This document shows positions 11,501 to 19,484 of a stretch of 64,000 nucleotides of DNA, piece by piece; the first letter of the stretch is position 1, and each line of letters opens with the position of its first letter. This stretch comes from Akkermansia muciniphila. GTDB taxonomy: Bacteria; Verrucomicrobiota; Verrucomicrobiia; Verrucomicrobiales; V1-33. Location of the stretch: positions 4,909-68,908 of the forward strand of contig CALQSQ010000004.1 of assembly GCA_943333275.1 (NCBI GenBank), read 5' to 3'. The translations under genes and the position numbers were made by a program. The notes under the pieces are model-generated. The model saw only the letters and a list, made by a program, of their open reading frames with translations, was not told where the DNA came from and searched no databases.

Positions 11501-12119
11501 GCCGTGCATTGACGACCAGCTTCTCAACAAACACCCCGCCATCCCCGAAACTTGATTTCCCCTGACGCACCACGGATTCAAACGCGGCCCGCAGTGATGC
11601 AACGTCATCACACCGCCGCATTCCGATTCCGCCGCCGCCCGCCGTGCTCTTGAGCATGACGGGAAAACCAATGCGCGACGCCTCACTCACCGCCTCGTCC
11701 GCATCGCGCAGCAGGGCCGAGCCTGGAACCAATGGAACCTTGCAGGCCAGGGCTCGTTCACGCGCGGTGTGCTTCAATCCAAAGGCGCGCATTTGATCAG
11801 GCGTTGGCCCCATGAAAGCCATGCCGGCCTGTTCGCAGGCTTCGGCGAAACCCGCATTTTCACTGAGCAATCCATATCCGGGATGAACCGCCTGCGCACC
11901 GCATTGAGATGCAATTTCCAACAATCGCTTCTGGTTGATGTAGCTCTCGGCCACCGGCGCGGGGCCCAGCAGATAGGACTCATCGGCCATGGAGACATGG
12001 GGCGCGTCGCGATCCGCTTCGGAATATACAGCAACGGAGCCAACGCCCATTTTTTTGAGAGTTCGGATGATGCGGCAGGCGATTTCGCCGCGATTGGCCA
12101 CGAGGACTTTGGTAAACAT
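8526..12119 (-). CDS. Urea carboxylase / guanidine carboxylase (biotin carboxylase + carboxyltransferase AHS1/AHS2-like domains + biotinyl domain)
   Basis: 1197 aa. The N-terminus [20 protein letters not shown] is a biotin carboxylase start, and the C-terminal biotinylation motif EAMKME is present. The length and order are typical of bacterial urea-carboxylase-type enzymes. Confidence 0.9.
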   Translation of the reverse strand: MFTKVLVANRGEIACRIIRTLKKMGVGSVAVYSEADRDAPHVSMADESYLLGPAPVAESYINQKRLLEIASQCGAQAVHPGYGLLSENAGFAEACEQAGMAFMGPTPDQMRAFGLKHTARERALACKVPLVPGSALLRDADEAVSEASRIGFPVMLKSTAGGGGIGMRRCDDVASLRAAFESVVRQGKSSFGDGGVFVEKLVVNARHVEVQIFGDGKGSLVSLGERDCSTQRRNQKIIEETPAPNLSDETRYALWDCAVRLGKSVNYRSAGTVEFVYDADTNEFYFLEVNTRLQVEHTVTECVTGLDLVEWMVRTAAGEDVGLESFAFTPKGSAIQVRVYAEDPNKDFQPSCGRLTDVQLCREARCDGWISTGTEVTPYYDPLLVKIIVHGADRADAISKMQHALDHSNVSGIETNLAYLRQVIRDPLFTEGRITTRALATSFQYRPSTIDVLAPGVQTTVQDTPGRLGYWEIGVPPSGAMDPLALRIANRLIGNEEGVAGLEMTLAGPTLRFNADTTICLTGAEMSAELDGASVAFWKPISVLAGQTLKLGRTTGHGCRAYLAVQGGLDVPLYLGSCSTFTLGNFGGHAGRALRVGDVIHINPATAAIGSFSLAKLHPFSAGNKVDTIRVLYGPHGAPDFFTPEDIEMFFATEWEVHYNSARTGVRLIGPKPTWARADGGEAGLHPSNIHDNAYAIGSIDFTGDMPIILGPDGPSLGGFVCPAVVVHADLWKVGQLKPGDRIQFVAISLEQAEALDAFVEDSMAGGTPPELTTGGLAALQAVRHRIAACASRPEVVYRPAGDRNLLVEFGPLVLDIALRFWVHAVYLKLQSMNHPGIVDLTPGIRSLQIHIDGEQLRLEQVERLVEELISSLDDVEHLKVPSRILHLPLSWDDPQTQLAIDKYMQSVRPDAPWCPSNIEFIRRINGLESIADVQRIVFDASYLVLGLGDVYLGAPVATPLDPRHRLVTTKYNPARTWTPENAVGIGGAYMCIYGMEGPGGYQFVGRTIQMWNRDRVTDVFEDGKPWLLRFFDQVRFYLVSADELMELRRDFPAGRFTPRIEQSSFRLSDYLEFLESESPSIAAFRSFQRDAFAAERERWRIAGLDVTESTSSAMTADTEITLPDGHEAVVSPVTGSLWKLQVAVGDRVEEGQTLLIVEAMKMEIHVPSTTSGTVAALHVKEGQAVTPGQTLISVQL

Positions 12120-12122
12120 AGG

Positions 12123-12755
12123 TCAGTCCCAGATGAGCACGCGCACCGGGGTTGGGTTGTAGGCATTGCAGGGATTGTTTAACTGCGGGCAGTTGGAAAT
12201 GAGGCACATCACATCCATTTCGGCGCGCATTTCGACATACCGTCCCGGGCCGCTGACGCCATCGGCAAAGCTGAGCTGGCCATCCAGTGTCACGGGCACA
12301 TTCATGAAAAAATTGATATTGCAGGTGATGTCGCGCTTGCCCATGCCGTGGCTCCAGCATTGCACGCCGCGGATAAAACTGTCGCGGCAGGCATGCATCG
12401 GCTCTTTTTCGACTGCGTAACGCATAACGTTGCTTTCGCGTGAGCAAGCGCCGCCAAGCGTGTCGTGCCGGCCGCAGGTGTCGGCCACGATAGTGAGCAG
12501 CGGATTACCCCGTGTGGACATGAGCTTCGTTCCCGTCGTCAAATAAAGCGCAGCCTGATGACGGATGGTATCGCTCGCGCTGTAGCGTTCGAGCGGATCA
12601 TGGGCGTTATAAAACAGAGTGTCGGCGGCCTGGTTTCCCTCCAGATCCTCGATGCGCAGGGTCTGCCCTTTTTTAACAAGATGCAGCCAGTGATCGCCCG
12701 CAGGCACGATCTCGTCGTGAACTGCTTCAGAAGGATTGAGGTGGGATGCGATCAT
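12123..12755 (-). CDS. DUF1989 protein (urea-carboxylase-associated protein 2 / carboxyguanidine deiminase subunit-like)
   Basis: It is a paralogue of the upstream gene and sits immediately 5' of the carboxylase (3-nt gap). I moved the start to the internal Met (MIASHLNP), which gives an ATGA overlap with the upstream stop. Confidence 0.75.
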   Translation of the reverse strand: MIASHLNPSEAVHDEIVPAGDHWLHLVKKGQTLRIEDLEGNQAADTLFYNAHDPLERYSASDTIRHQAALYLTTGTKLMSTRGNPLLTIVADTCGRHDTLGGACSRESNVMRYAVEKEPMHACRDSFIRGVQCWSHGMGKRDITCNINFFMNVPVTLDGQLSFADGVSGPGRYVEMRAEMDVMCLISNCPQLNNPCNAYNPTPVRVLIWD

Positions 12756-13468
12756 CGGGCGAGGAGGTAAAATTCTTCGGTGCTGCAATGCGCCCTGGCG
12801 TTCTCGGGCCGCACGATGAAGCTTGGGTCATCGACAGCGGGAGGATCACTCCTGAGGACCTCGAGCCGCACCCGACGCGGGTGATACTGTGGATCGGGAT
12901 CCAGCGGATGCTGGCAGGTGTTCAGCACCACAAGCGTGTCCATTTCGAATCGCAGATCGACTGAGTCCCCCGGCTTTGAGTTTCCACTGACAAAATCCAG
13001 CCGCCCTTCCTCGTCCGCCACAATCTTGCTGAACCAATTAAGGTTCGGAACCAGATCACGCTCGCCCAGTCCCCATTTCGAAAGCTCGATGAGGAAGCAG
13101 TCCCGGGCATTGCGATGAAAATCATTGCGGGCGGTTTGAAAATTTTTCTCCCCATATTTTTTAAGGACCAGGGAGGCATCGCTAGCCCCACACACGGAGT
13201 CGTGCCAGCCAACGTCATCCCGGGTGATCGAGGCGAACAATCTCCCCATGTCCGAATGAAGGCAATAGGGGGCGCGCAGGTAGAAAATGTGCTGGCCCTT
13301 GAGCGTATCGGGCATGTTGTAGCGTTCATGACGCTCGGTGGCGTTATAGAGCAGCATGCCGACATTGGCGCCGCCCTCGAGATCGGTAAGTCGCAGGGTC
13401 TTATGCCTGCCAATGACGCGCGACCACATGCCTGCGCCGCTGAGTTCGATGTTATAAAAGGGAGTCAT
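12752..13468 (-). CDS. DUF1989 protein (urea-carboxylase-associated protein 1 / carboxyguanidine deiminase subunit-like)
   Basis: 238 aa. Its pattern is related to the downstream paralogue ([20 protein letters not shown] versus [20 protein letters not shown]). It overlaps the regulator stop by 4 nt. Confidence 0.75.
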   Translation of the reverse strand: MTPFYNIELSGAGMWSRVIGRHKTLRLTDLEGGANVGMLLYNATERHERYNMPDTLKGQHIFYLRAPYCLHSDMGRLFASITRDDVGWHDSVCGASDASLVLKKYGEKNFQTARNDFHRNARDCFLIELSKWGLGERDLVPNLNWFSKIVADEEGRLDFVSGNSKPGDSVDLRFEMDTLVVLNTCQHPLDPDPQYHPRRVRLEVLRSDPPAVDDPSFIVRPENARAHCSTEEFYLLAR

Positions 13469-13929
13469 GGTTCATCCGCCTGGGTTTGAATGGGTGGCAT
13501 GAGGGTGCGCGTCAGGTTAAGCCGTCCAGCGAGCACCCCCTTGCAGGTGAGGAGTTTGTTGGCAATTTGGCGCAACCGCTTTGCCGGACCCTGAACAAGA
13601 ATCACTTCCATGGTGTTACTGTTTTCCAGCAGGACATGCAGGGAACTGATCACCTCCCGAATGCTCTCATGCTGGATGTCGGCAATTTCCTGCTTCAACC
13701 CGGGCCGCTTGTGATCGTAGAAAAGCGTGATTGTGCCGGCCATCATGCGGTTGCCTCGAAGGCTGTAATAGTCGGCAATGTGCTGGGTGAGGACTTCCGC
13801 CACCGCCTGCGATCGATTGTGGAATCCTCGCTCGATCATCAACTCCTGAAACTGACGAAACACGCCCTCGGGCAACGAGAGCGTAACCCGGTGGGCAGTG
13901 GTGGAGTCAGCGGAAGGAAGGTCGGCCAT
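13465..13929 (-). CDS. NikR-like ribbon-helix-helix (CopG family) transcriptional regulator with a C-terminal ACT-like domain
   Basis: It aligns by eye along the whole of E. coli NikR ([10 protein letters not shown].., [14 protein letters not shown] versus RGYNNRSEAIRDIL; [30 protein letters not shown] versus [30 protein letters not shown]). The ATG at 13929 is preferred over the GTG at 13953. Confidence 0.7.
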   Translation of the reverse strand: MADLPSADSTTAHRVTLSLPEGVFRQFQELMIERGFHNRSQAVAEVLTQHIADYYSLRGNRMMAGTITLFYDHKRPGLKQEIADIQHESIREVISSLHVLLENSNTMEVILVQGPAKRLRQIANKLLTCKGVLAGRLNLTRTLMPPIQTQADEP

Positions 13930-13967
13930 TTTGTGATAAGGAATCTTGAGCACGATTCAGACCATTC

Positions 13968-13996
13968 GTATGAAGAAAAATCAAATTGGTATGAAG
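13968..13996. promoter_or_regulatory. Direct repeat GTATGAAG-N13-GTATGAAG (21-bp period) in the AT-rich gap upstream of the RHH regulator; candidate operator
   Basis: Exact 8-mers lie at 13968-13975 and 13989-13996. GTATGA is the half-site of the E. coli NikR operator (GTATGA-N16-TCATAC). This is the only sizeable intergenic gap inside the 15-gene cluster. Confidence 0.35.
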
Positions 13997-14006
13997 TATT
14001 TAGGGT

Positions 14007-14822
14007 TTAAATCACATTCTGCAATCGTCCCATCATCCAACGGTTCACCTCGCGAAGGTCAGCCACCCGCTTCCGTGTAAATAGCTCCTCCTGCAGGTAT
14101 CCATCCGGGCCGAACTCCGGGGTGAACGTGGGCAGAGGATTCCCATGCAAAACTTGTCTTTCCGCAATTCGCCGCCACCAGCGTTCATGGGCTACGAGGG
14201 CGGCGGCATATTCCGGCACACGGGGATCGGGAACCTGCGGTCCCTGCTCGTAGCCCACGCGTGCATGCACATGAAGGGCACGATTCGCGATTAAATCCAA
14301 CAATTCCCCCTCCTCATCCATCACCAGCCTTTCGGTCACCGCGCACCAGTGGCTGAAATCACAGGTTAATCTCAGCTCAGGAATTCCCTTCAACAAATCG
14401 CGCGTCACCCAGGGATGGAACGTAGGCCGGCTCCGGTGCGTCTCGAACGCAATCGGGATGCCAAATTCCCTCTCGAGTGCGAGCGCTTGCGCATAAAAAC
14501 TAAGGGCTTCGGCCATCGGCCAGGCGTCGCTCCCGGCAAGGGCATTGATCAAAATCGGTTTGAACGGAAGGGACTTTTCAATTTGATCACGCAAATCCTC
14601 AAAATGAACCTTAGTGGAGAGGTGCGCGCGGGGCACGTATCCGCCCCCGGTCGCGATTTCTGCAATCCATGGCACGGATCGCTGACGCAAACTTTCCACG
14701 TTGGCATCATCCACCGGCACCGGTCCCTCGATTCCACAGGCCTCCCATTCGGCAGCAAGCGCCAATGCGCCGGTGATATTCACCTCGTTTCCCCAGCAGG
14801 ACACAAAACATCGCGGTTTCAT
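14007..14822 (-). CDS. Xylose-isomerase-like TIM-barrel protein (sugar phosphate isomerase/epimerase family)
   Basis: 271 aa with family-typical strand ends (AFETH, HVHARVG, CDFSHW). It overlaps the upstream gene by 4 nt. Confidence 0.6.
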   Translation of the reverse strand: MKPRCFVSCWGNEVNITGALALAAEWEACGIEGPVPVDDANVESLRQRSVPWIAEIATGGGYVPRAHLSTKVHFEDLRDQIEKSLPFKPILINALAGSDAWPMAEALSFYAQALALEREFGIPIAFETHRSRPTFHPWVTRDLLKGIPELRLTCDFSHWCAVTERLVMDEEGELLDLIANRALHVHARVGYEQGPQVPDPRVPEYAAALVAHERWWRRIAERQVLHGNPLPTFTPEFGPDGYLQEELFTRKRVADLREVNRWMMGRLQNVI

Positions 14823-15679
14823 GGCAAATCGAAGTTCACCTCCCTTCTGGCCTCCGGATGGCCCCTAACGTATTCGGCAATCTCCTGCCCACGTGCGAAC
14901 CAAACGTAACCTCGTTCCCTCGCCTTTGTCAGCAACTCCTCCAGCAACCGCACCCGTGAGGGGCGCCCGCTCAGCCAGGGATGCAGCGTAAGCACGAAAC
15001 AGCAGCCAAAATCACGCATGGCCTCGAATTCGCGCCACCAGAGATCGAACACGTTGCTGCAATTCTGCGGAATGGAACCCCAGGCTGGCTCGGCATTGAA
15101 GGCGAACTGCTCCCAGTCCTCCAGCATCCATTGGCCGGGAATTTCGATGAGACCATTTGAGTGCGTGTAGGGCACGTCATCGCCCATCATGCTGGCATTA
15201 TAAAGATAGCTGAACTCCTTCAACAATCCGGGTGTTCCAGGATTGATCTCAAACCATGGAGCGCGAAACCCAACGGGGCGCCTGCCCGTGATACGCTCAA
15301 GGATGCCGGTACTTTTTTCCAAAACCGCGCGTTCCTCCTGTGGAGATAAATGGGCCAGCTTTTCGTGCATGTGCCCATGTGCGCCGACCTCATGCCCGCG
15401 GGTGACGATGGCTTCCATCATCCGTGGATGACGTTCGGCGATGTAACTCGGCACGAAAAACGTGGCCGGGAGTTGCAAATGATCGAGCAAGCCCAGTAAT
15501 CGCGGCACGCCAACGTTTGGTCCATATTCGCACTGCGACATCGTGGTGAGGCGGGAAGCGAGCGTTGGGTCCTCGGAGAGCGCGGTGGTTTCGCCATCGA
15601 CATCAAAGCACAGCATGAAGGCACACTTGGCACCGTCGGGCCAGATAAAGCGTGGAGGAGGGGAGTAGAGTTCAGTCAT
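14819..15679 (-). CDS. Polysaccharide deacetylase (CE4/NodB) family hydrolase, PuuE-allantoinase-like size
   Basis: NodB-type motifs are present: FDVDGET, PATFFVPSYIAERHP, GHEVGAHGHMHE. I moved the start to the internal Met (MTELYSPPP), which gives an 8-nt overlap with the SDR stop. The longer ORF (to 15820) would overlap the SDR by about 150 nt. Confidence 0.7.
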   Translation of the reverse strand: MTELYSPPPRFIWPDGAKCAFMLCFDVDGETTALSEDPTLASRLTTMSQCEYGPNVGVPRLLGLLDHLQLPATFFVPSYIAERHPRMMEAIVTRGHEVGAHGHMHEKLAHLSPQEERAVLEKSTGILERITGRRPVGFRAPWFEINPGTPGLLKEFSYLYNASMMGDDVPYTHSNGLIEIPGQWMLEDWEQFAFNAEPAWGSIPQNCSNVFDLWWREFEAMRDFGCCFVLTLHPWLSGRPSRVRLLEELLTKARERGYVWFARGQEIAEYVRGHPEARREVNFDLP

Positions 15680-16442
15680 GCCAGTGCCCTCCGACAATGT
15701 TGTTCGGTGAAGTGAGCGGATACTCGTTCCAGCCGGCGGTGATTCCTCCGTCCACTGGGATGTTGGCTCCGGTGATGTAGCTCGCGTCATCGCTGGCAAG
15801 GAAGTGAAACGCCGCAGCAATCTCGTCGGGCCACGCGAGGCGGCCCAACGGTGTCGCCTTGCTCACGAATGAAATCTCTGGGTTGTTGGGAATATCGGTG
15901 ACAGCAGGCGTGAGCACGGTGCCGGGGCAGACGCAATTCACGGTGATGCCTTTCGCGGCCAGTTCGATGGCACCGAGTTTGGTGAGGTGAATGACGGCCG
16001 CTTTGGAAGTGGAGTAAGCGGTGCCACTGGGCGAGCCGATCATGCCTACAAAGGAGCCCGTGTTGATGATGCGACCGCCGCTTTCGAGCAGTTGCCCGCC
16101 GTGCTTGATACCGAAGGCGACGCTGTGAACATTCACTTCAAAGGTGCGCTGCAGAAGCTGCGGTGTGAGTTCATTGAAGCTGACACCGAGCGGTTGGATG
16201 CCCGCGTTGTTGATGAGGATGTCCACGCGACCAAACTCTGACTTCGCTTGCTCCAACATGCCGCGCACTTCGTCCTCGGCGGAAACATCGGCTTGATGGA
16301 ACACAGCGCCTTCGATCTTGGCAATGTTGCGATCCACCAGCAACACGCACGCTCCAGCCTTGACGAAGCGCTCGACAACGGCGAGGCCGATGCCAGAGGC
16401 TCCTCCAGTTACGACGGCGACTTTGTTGGTCAGGTCAAACAT
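15672..16442 (-). CDS. Short-chain dehydrogenase/reductase (SDR) family oxidoreductase
   Basis: Cofactor motif TGGASGIGLA, NNAG, and catalytic YSTSK (YxxxK). Confidence 0.85.
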   Translation of the reverse strand: MFDLTNKVAVVTGGASGIGLAVVERFVKAGACVLLVDRNIAKIEGAVFHQADVSAEDEVRGMLEQAKSEFGRVDILINNAGIQPLGVSFNELTPQLLQRTFEVNVHSVAFGIKHGGQLLESGGRIINTGSFVGMIGSPSGTAYSTSKAAVIHLTKLGAIELAAKGITVNCVCPGTVLTPAVTDIPNNPEISFVSKATPLGRLAWPDEIAAAFHFLASDDASYITGANIPVDGGITAGWNEYPLTSPNNIVGGHWHD

Positions 16443-16837
16443 GGTGGTGGTCCGTTGTGCGTGAATTTTGGAAGCTCCGGATCAAGCACGAGCCAGGGAA
16501 GATGATCGGCCATCCAGTTGTAGTCGTCAGGCTGCAGTGATGCCGCGTCATCCATGGTGCCTAGAGTCAGCTCCAAGAGATCAGGATAGGCGCTGTCGTA
16601 GAAGCTAATGGGTGAGCCGCAGGCAGCACAAAACGCGCGTTCGCGCCCTTCGTAGTGATGCACGCGCAGTTCGCCGGTGATGATGCGGATGTCCTCTTTG
16701 GCAAAGAAGACCCAGCCCTGGAACGGCGCGCCACTGGCACGGCGACAGTCTTCGCAGTGGCAGAGGGACGTGTTTAGTGGTGCGCCGTGCGCTTCGTAGC
16801 GCACAGCTCCACAGAGGCAGTGGCCAGTCCACATCAT
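16430..16837 (-). CDS. GFA / CENP-V family zinc protein (glutathione-dependent formaldehyde-activating enzyme family)
   Basis: MMWTGHCLCGAVRYEA...CHCEDCRRASGAPF...FCAACGSPI shows the GFA cysteine pattern. The start at the internal ATG forms an ATGA overlap with the Rieske gene stop. Confidence 0.7.
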   Translation of the reverse strand: MMWTGHCLCGAVRYEAHGAPLNTSLCHCEDCRRASGAPFQGWVFFAKEDIRIITGELRVHHYEGRERAFCAACGSPISFYDSAYPDLLELTLGTMDDAASLQPDDYNWMADHLPWLVLDPELPKFTHNGPPPCLT

Positions 16838-18096
16838 GGCCTTTGAGAGGGCGCGGGTGGAATGTCGGTCGCGGGCATAACGCCGCGGATCCGGGCCGCA
16901 AGGTATCGTTGGATCAGCCAAACGGACATCTCCAAGTAACTCAAGCGGCCACGCTGATAACCGCTGGCATAGAACCCGCGCTGCACGGCGGTGCACATTT
17001 CCATGTCTTCCATGTGAAACTTGCGCAGAATCTCAATCTGCTCGGCACACATCGCTGGCCAGTTCAGGTGCTCGGTGGTGGATGCAGGCACGAGCGTGGT
17101 GGTCAGAAGCTTCACGCGATCCGCAGCGGCGGGGATCATGCGGTAGAAGATGAGGCGATCCGGGTTCGCCGAGATCAGCATGAGCGGATGCACGAGGAAG
17201 ATGTGCCACTCGTTTCTCAACTCCGCTGGCAGATCAATGGGCGGCATCCCATGCACGGACTCACCGCGGGCTTCCGCAGCCAGCATGTCATCGAGCATCG
17301 CGGGCTTCACGGGCAGATGCGCTCGGATGTAGGCGGGGCGTTCTTGTTCGTTCCAAGTGAGCTTGGCTGGCATCATCGGCTGCAGCGTCGTCGAGTGCGC
17401 GCCGATGTGGTGATACGACTCCATGAAGTTCTCCGCGAGCACCTTCCAGTTGAAAGGACAGTCCCACTCCATTTGGATGACCATCTTCATCTCACTGATG
17501 TTCCAGGGCGCGAGTGCCTCGGCCAAACCACTGAGTCGCTCATGCAGCGGCGGTGCGGCACCATCGAGATTGACGAAGACAAAGCCATTCCACACCTCGC
17601 AAGCGAAGGACGTCAGGCCCCACTCCGCACGATCAAAGCATTCCGTCTTCTCCATCTCCGGCGCCCCTTTGAGCCGACCGTCCAAATCAAACGTCCACGC
17701 GTGATACGGGCACATGAAAACGCGCGAATGGCCACAGTCCGGCGGCCCGTGGCCGGCATAGCCAAAACCCTCGGGCATGATGTCCATCGCCCGATGCGGA
17801 CACACTCGCGAGAGCACGCGGATGTTCTCTTTGCCTCGCACCACGATGAGCGGATCGCCGAAGACGTCGATGTTCAAGTAGTCGCCGACGTTCGGGATCT
17901 GCGACACATGCGCGAGGGGCAGCCAGTCGTTGCGGAAAACGTGATCGACTTCCCAATCAAAGAACGCCTCGCTCGTGTAGGCTTGTGCTGGCAAGGTCGT
18001 GGCCTGCGCGAGCGGGAGTTGCGCGATGCGTTGGATCTCGGCTTGGATCTGTTCGACGCTCCACTGCGGAAGCGCGTTTCTGGATGACGTGCTCAT
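16834..18096 (-). CDS. Rieske [2Fe-2S] non-haem-iron oxygenase, alpha subunit only (GbcA/Stc2/NdmA-like monooxygenase class)
   Basis: Rieske motif CPHRAMD...CPYHAWTF. Mononuclear-iron motif NFMESYHHIGAHS. There is no beta subunit or reductase gene nearby. Confidence 0.85.
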   Translation of the reverse strand: MSTSSRNALPQWSVEQIQAEIQRIAQLPLAQATTLPAQAYTSEAFFDWEVDHVFRNDWLPLAHVSQIPNVGDYLNIDVFGDPLIVVRGKENIRVLSRVCPHRAMDIMPEGFGYAGHGPPDCGHSRVFMCPYHAWTFDLDGRLKGAPEMEKTECFDRAEWGLTSFACEVWNGFVFVNLDGAAPPLHERLSGLAEALAPWNISEMKMVIQMEWDCPFNWKVLAENFMESYHHIGAHSTTLQPMMPAKLTWNEQERPAYIRAHLPVKPAMLDDMLAAEARGESVHGMPPIDLPAELRNEWHIFLVHPLMLISANPDRLIFYRMIPAAADRVKLLTTTLVPASTTEHLNWPAMCAEQIEILRKFHMEDMEMCTAVQRGFYASGYQRGRLSYLEMSVWLIQRYLAARIRGVMPATDIPPAPSQRP

Positions 18097-18099
18097 GGT

Positions 18100-19461
18100 T
18101 CAAAACAACCGTGCATACTGATCGATCTCCCACTGGCTGACGCGCTGGTGGTATTGGAGCCACTCCTCGCTCTTGTAGGCAACGAACTCGTTGCGGAGTT
18201 CGGTGCCGAGCGTGGCCTCCACAAATGGATCCTCAGCAAATGCGCGGACGGCTTCGTCCAGGGTGCGGGGGAGTTCGCTGATGCCGCGCGCCTTGAATTC
18301 CTCCGCGCTGAGGGCGTAAAGATTATCCTCGTTGGAATTCCCGGGATCCAATTTTTCACGGATGCCCTCAAGCCCCGCGGCCAGCACCAGGGTAGCGGCG
18401 AGGTAGGGATTGCAGGCGGCATCGGCATTGCGGGACTCCATGCGTCCACCCGCCATCGGCACGCGCACGGAGTTTGTGCGGTTGTTGCGTCCGTAACTGT
18501 TGAACACCGGCGCCCACGTATAGTTTGCCATGAGTCCCCGGCGCACCAGCCGCTTGTAACTGTTCACCGTGGGAGCGAAGGCAGCGCACAAGGCGCGGCC
18601 GTGTTTCAGGACTCCTCCCATGAAATGATAGGCCATCTCACTGATACCCAATCCGCGCGGATCGTCTGCATGCGCACGGGCAAACCTGTTTTTCCCCGTC
18701 TCCAGATCATACAGCGACATGTTGAAATGCGCGCCACTGCCAGTCTTGTCGGCGAAGGGCTTGGGCATAAACGTCGCCAGCAATCCCTCCTCTGCGGCGT
18801 AGTGCTTGGCCATGTAGCGGAAGAAAATGTAGCGGTCGCACATGGTGAGGGCGTCGGCGTATTTGAAATCGAACTCGAACTGGGATGATGCGTCCTCATG
18901 GTCGAAGGAATACAGATCCCATCCAAGGTCATTGATGCAGCTGGCGACCTTGTCGACCCATGTGAACCGATCCAGGAAGCGCTTTACGTCATAGCATGAC
19001 TTCACAAGCGTCTCATCGGGATTGGGGAACTCAAGCTTCCCGTCGGTGGTCAGTTTCAGGACAAACAGCTCGCATTCGATTCCAAGGTTCATGCCGAGGC
19101 CCATGTCGGCAGCCTGCTTCAATACCTTTTTCAGGGCGCAGCGGGTGTTCACTTCGTAGGGCTCACCCTTGAATGTATTGTCTGCCGGCATCCAGGCGAT
19201 TTCCTTTTGCCAGGGAAGTTGGATGATGTTGTCAACGTCAGGAAGCGAGGCGATCTCATCATCGTTGGGACTCTGGCCCAGGCCGTCCAGCGCATATCCG
19301 GTGTAAAGTTCGGAGCCTCTGGCGAAATCCAGGAAATGATCAATCGGCACAAATTTACCCTTTGGCACACCATGGATGTCAACATAGGCGCCAATGCAAT
19401 ATTTCACGCCCTTGGCCTTGAGGGAGTCGCGGATGGAGGTCAGTTCGGAATCGGTCTTCAT
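18100..19461 (-). CDS. Glutamine synthetase family protein (GlnT / gamma-glutamyl-amine ligase-like)
   Basis: 453 aa. The GS catalytic-domain pattern is present ([19 protein letters not shown]...R.E.R). Confidence 0.8.
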   Translation of the reverse strand: MKTDSELTSIRDSLKAKGVKYCIGAYVDIHGVPKGKFVPIDHFLDFARGSELYTGYALDGLGQSPNDDEIASLPDVDNIIQLPWQKEIAWMPADNTFKGEPYEVNTRCALKKVLKQAADMGLGMNLGIECELFVLKLTTDGKLEFPNPDETLVKSCYDVKRFLDRFTWVDKVASCINDLGWDLYSFDHEDASSQFEFDFKYADALTMCDRYIFFRYMAKHYAAEEGLLATFMPKPFADKTGSGAHFNMSLYDLETGKNRFARAHADDPRGLGISEMAYHFMGGVLKHGRALCAAFAPTVNSYKRLVRRGLMANYTWAPVFNSYGRNNRTNSVRVPMAGGRMESRNADAACNPYLAATLVLAAGLEGIREKLDPGNSNEDNLYALSAEEFKARGISELPRTLDEAVRAFAEDPFVEATLGTELRNEFVAYKSEEWLQYHQRVSQWEIDQYARLF

Positions 19462-19484
19462 TGATTATCTGTGGGGATGGTGGT

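Noticed and set aside
15680-15820. Long N-terminal extensions of several cluster genes (CE4 to 15820, GFA to 16996, creatininase-family to 20423, DUF1989-2 to 12788), plus nadC (to 38993) outside the cluster.
   Set aside because: For the cluster genes each extension overlaps the upstream gene by tens to hundreds of nt. Internal Met codons give classic 4-14-nt overlaps and N-termini that match the family. The nadC extension is dropped because the family-typical N-terminus begins at the internal Met at 38879.
16777-18087. 436-aa + strand ORF.
   Set aside because: It lies exactly antisense to the Rieske oxygenase gene. Its translation is Arg/His/Gly-rich with no recognisable motifs, whereas the minus-strand product has intact Rieske and iron motifs. 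This is a typical shadow ORF of GC-rich DNA.
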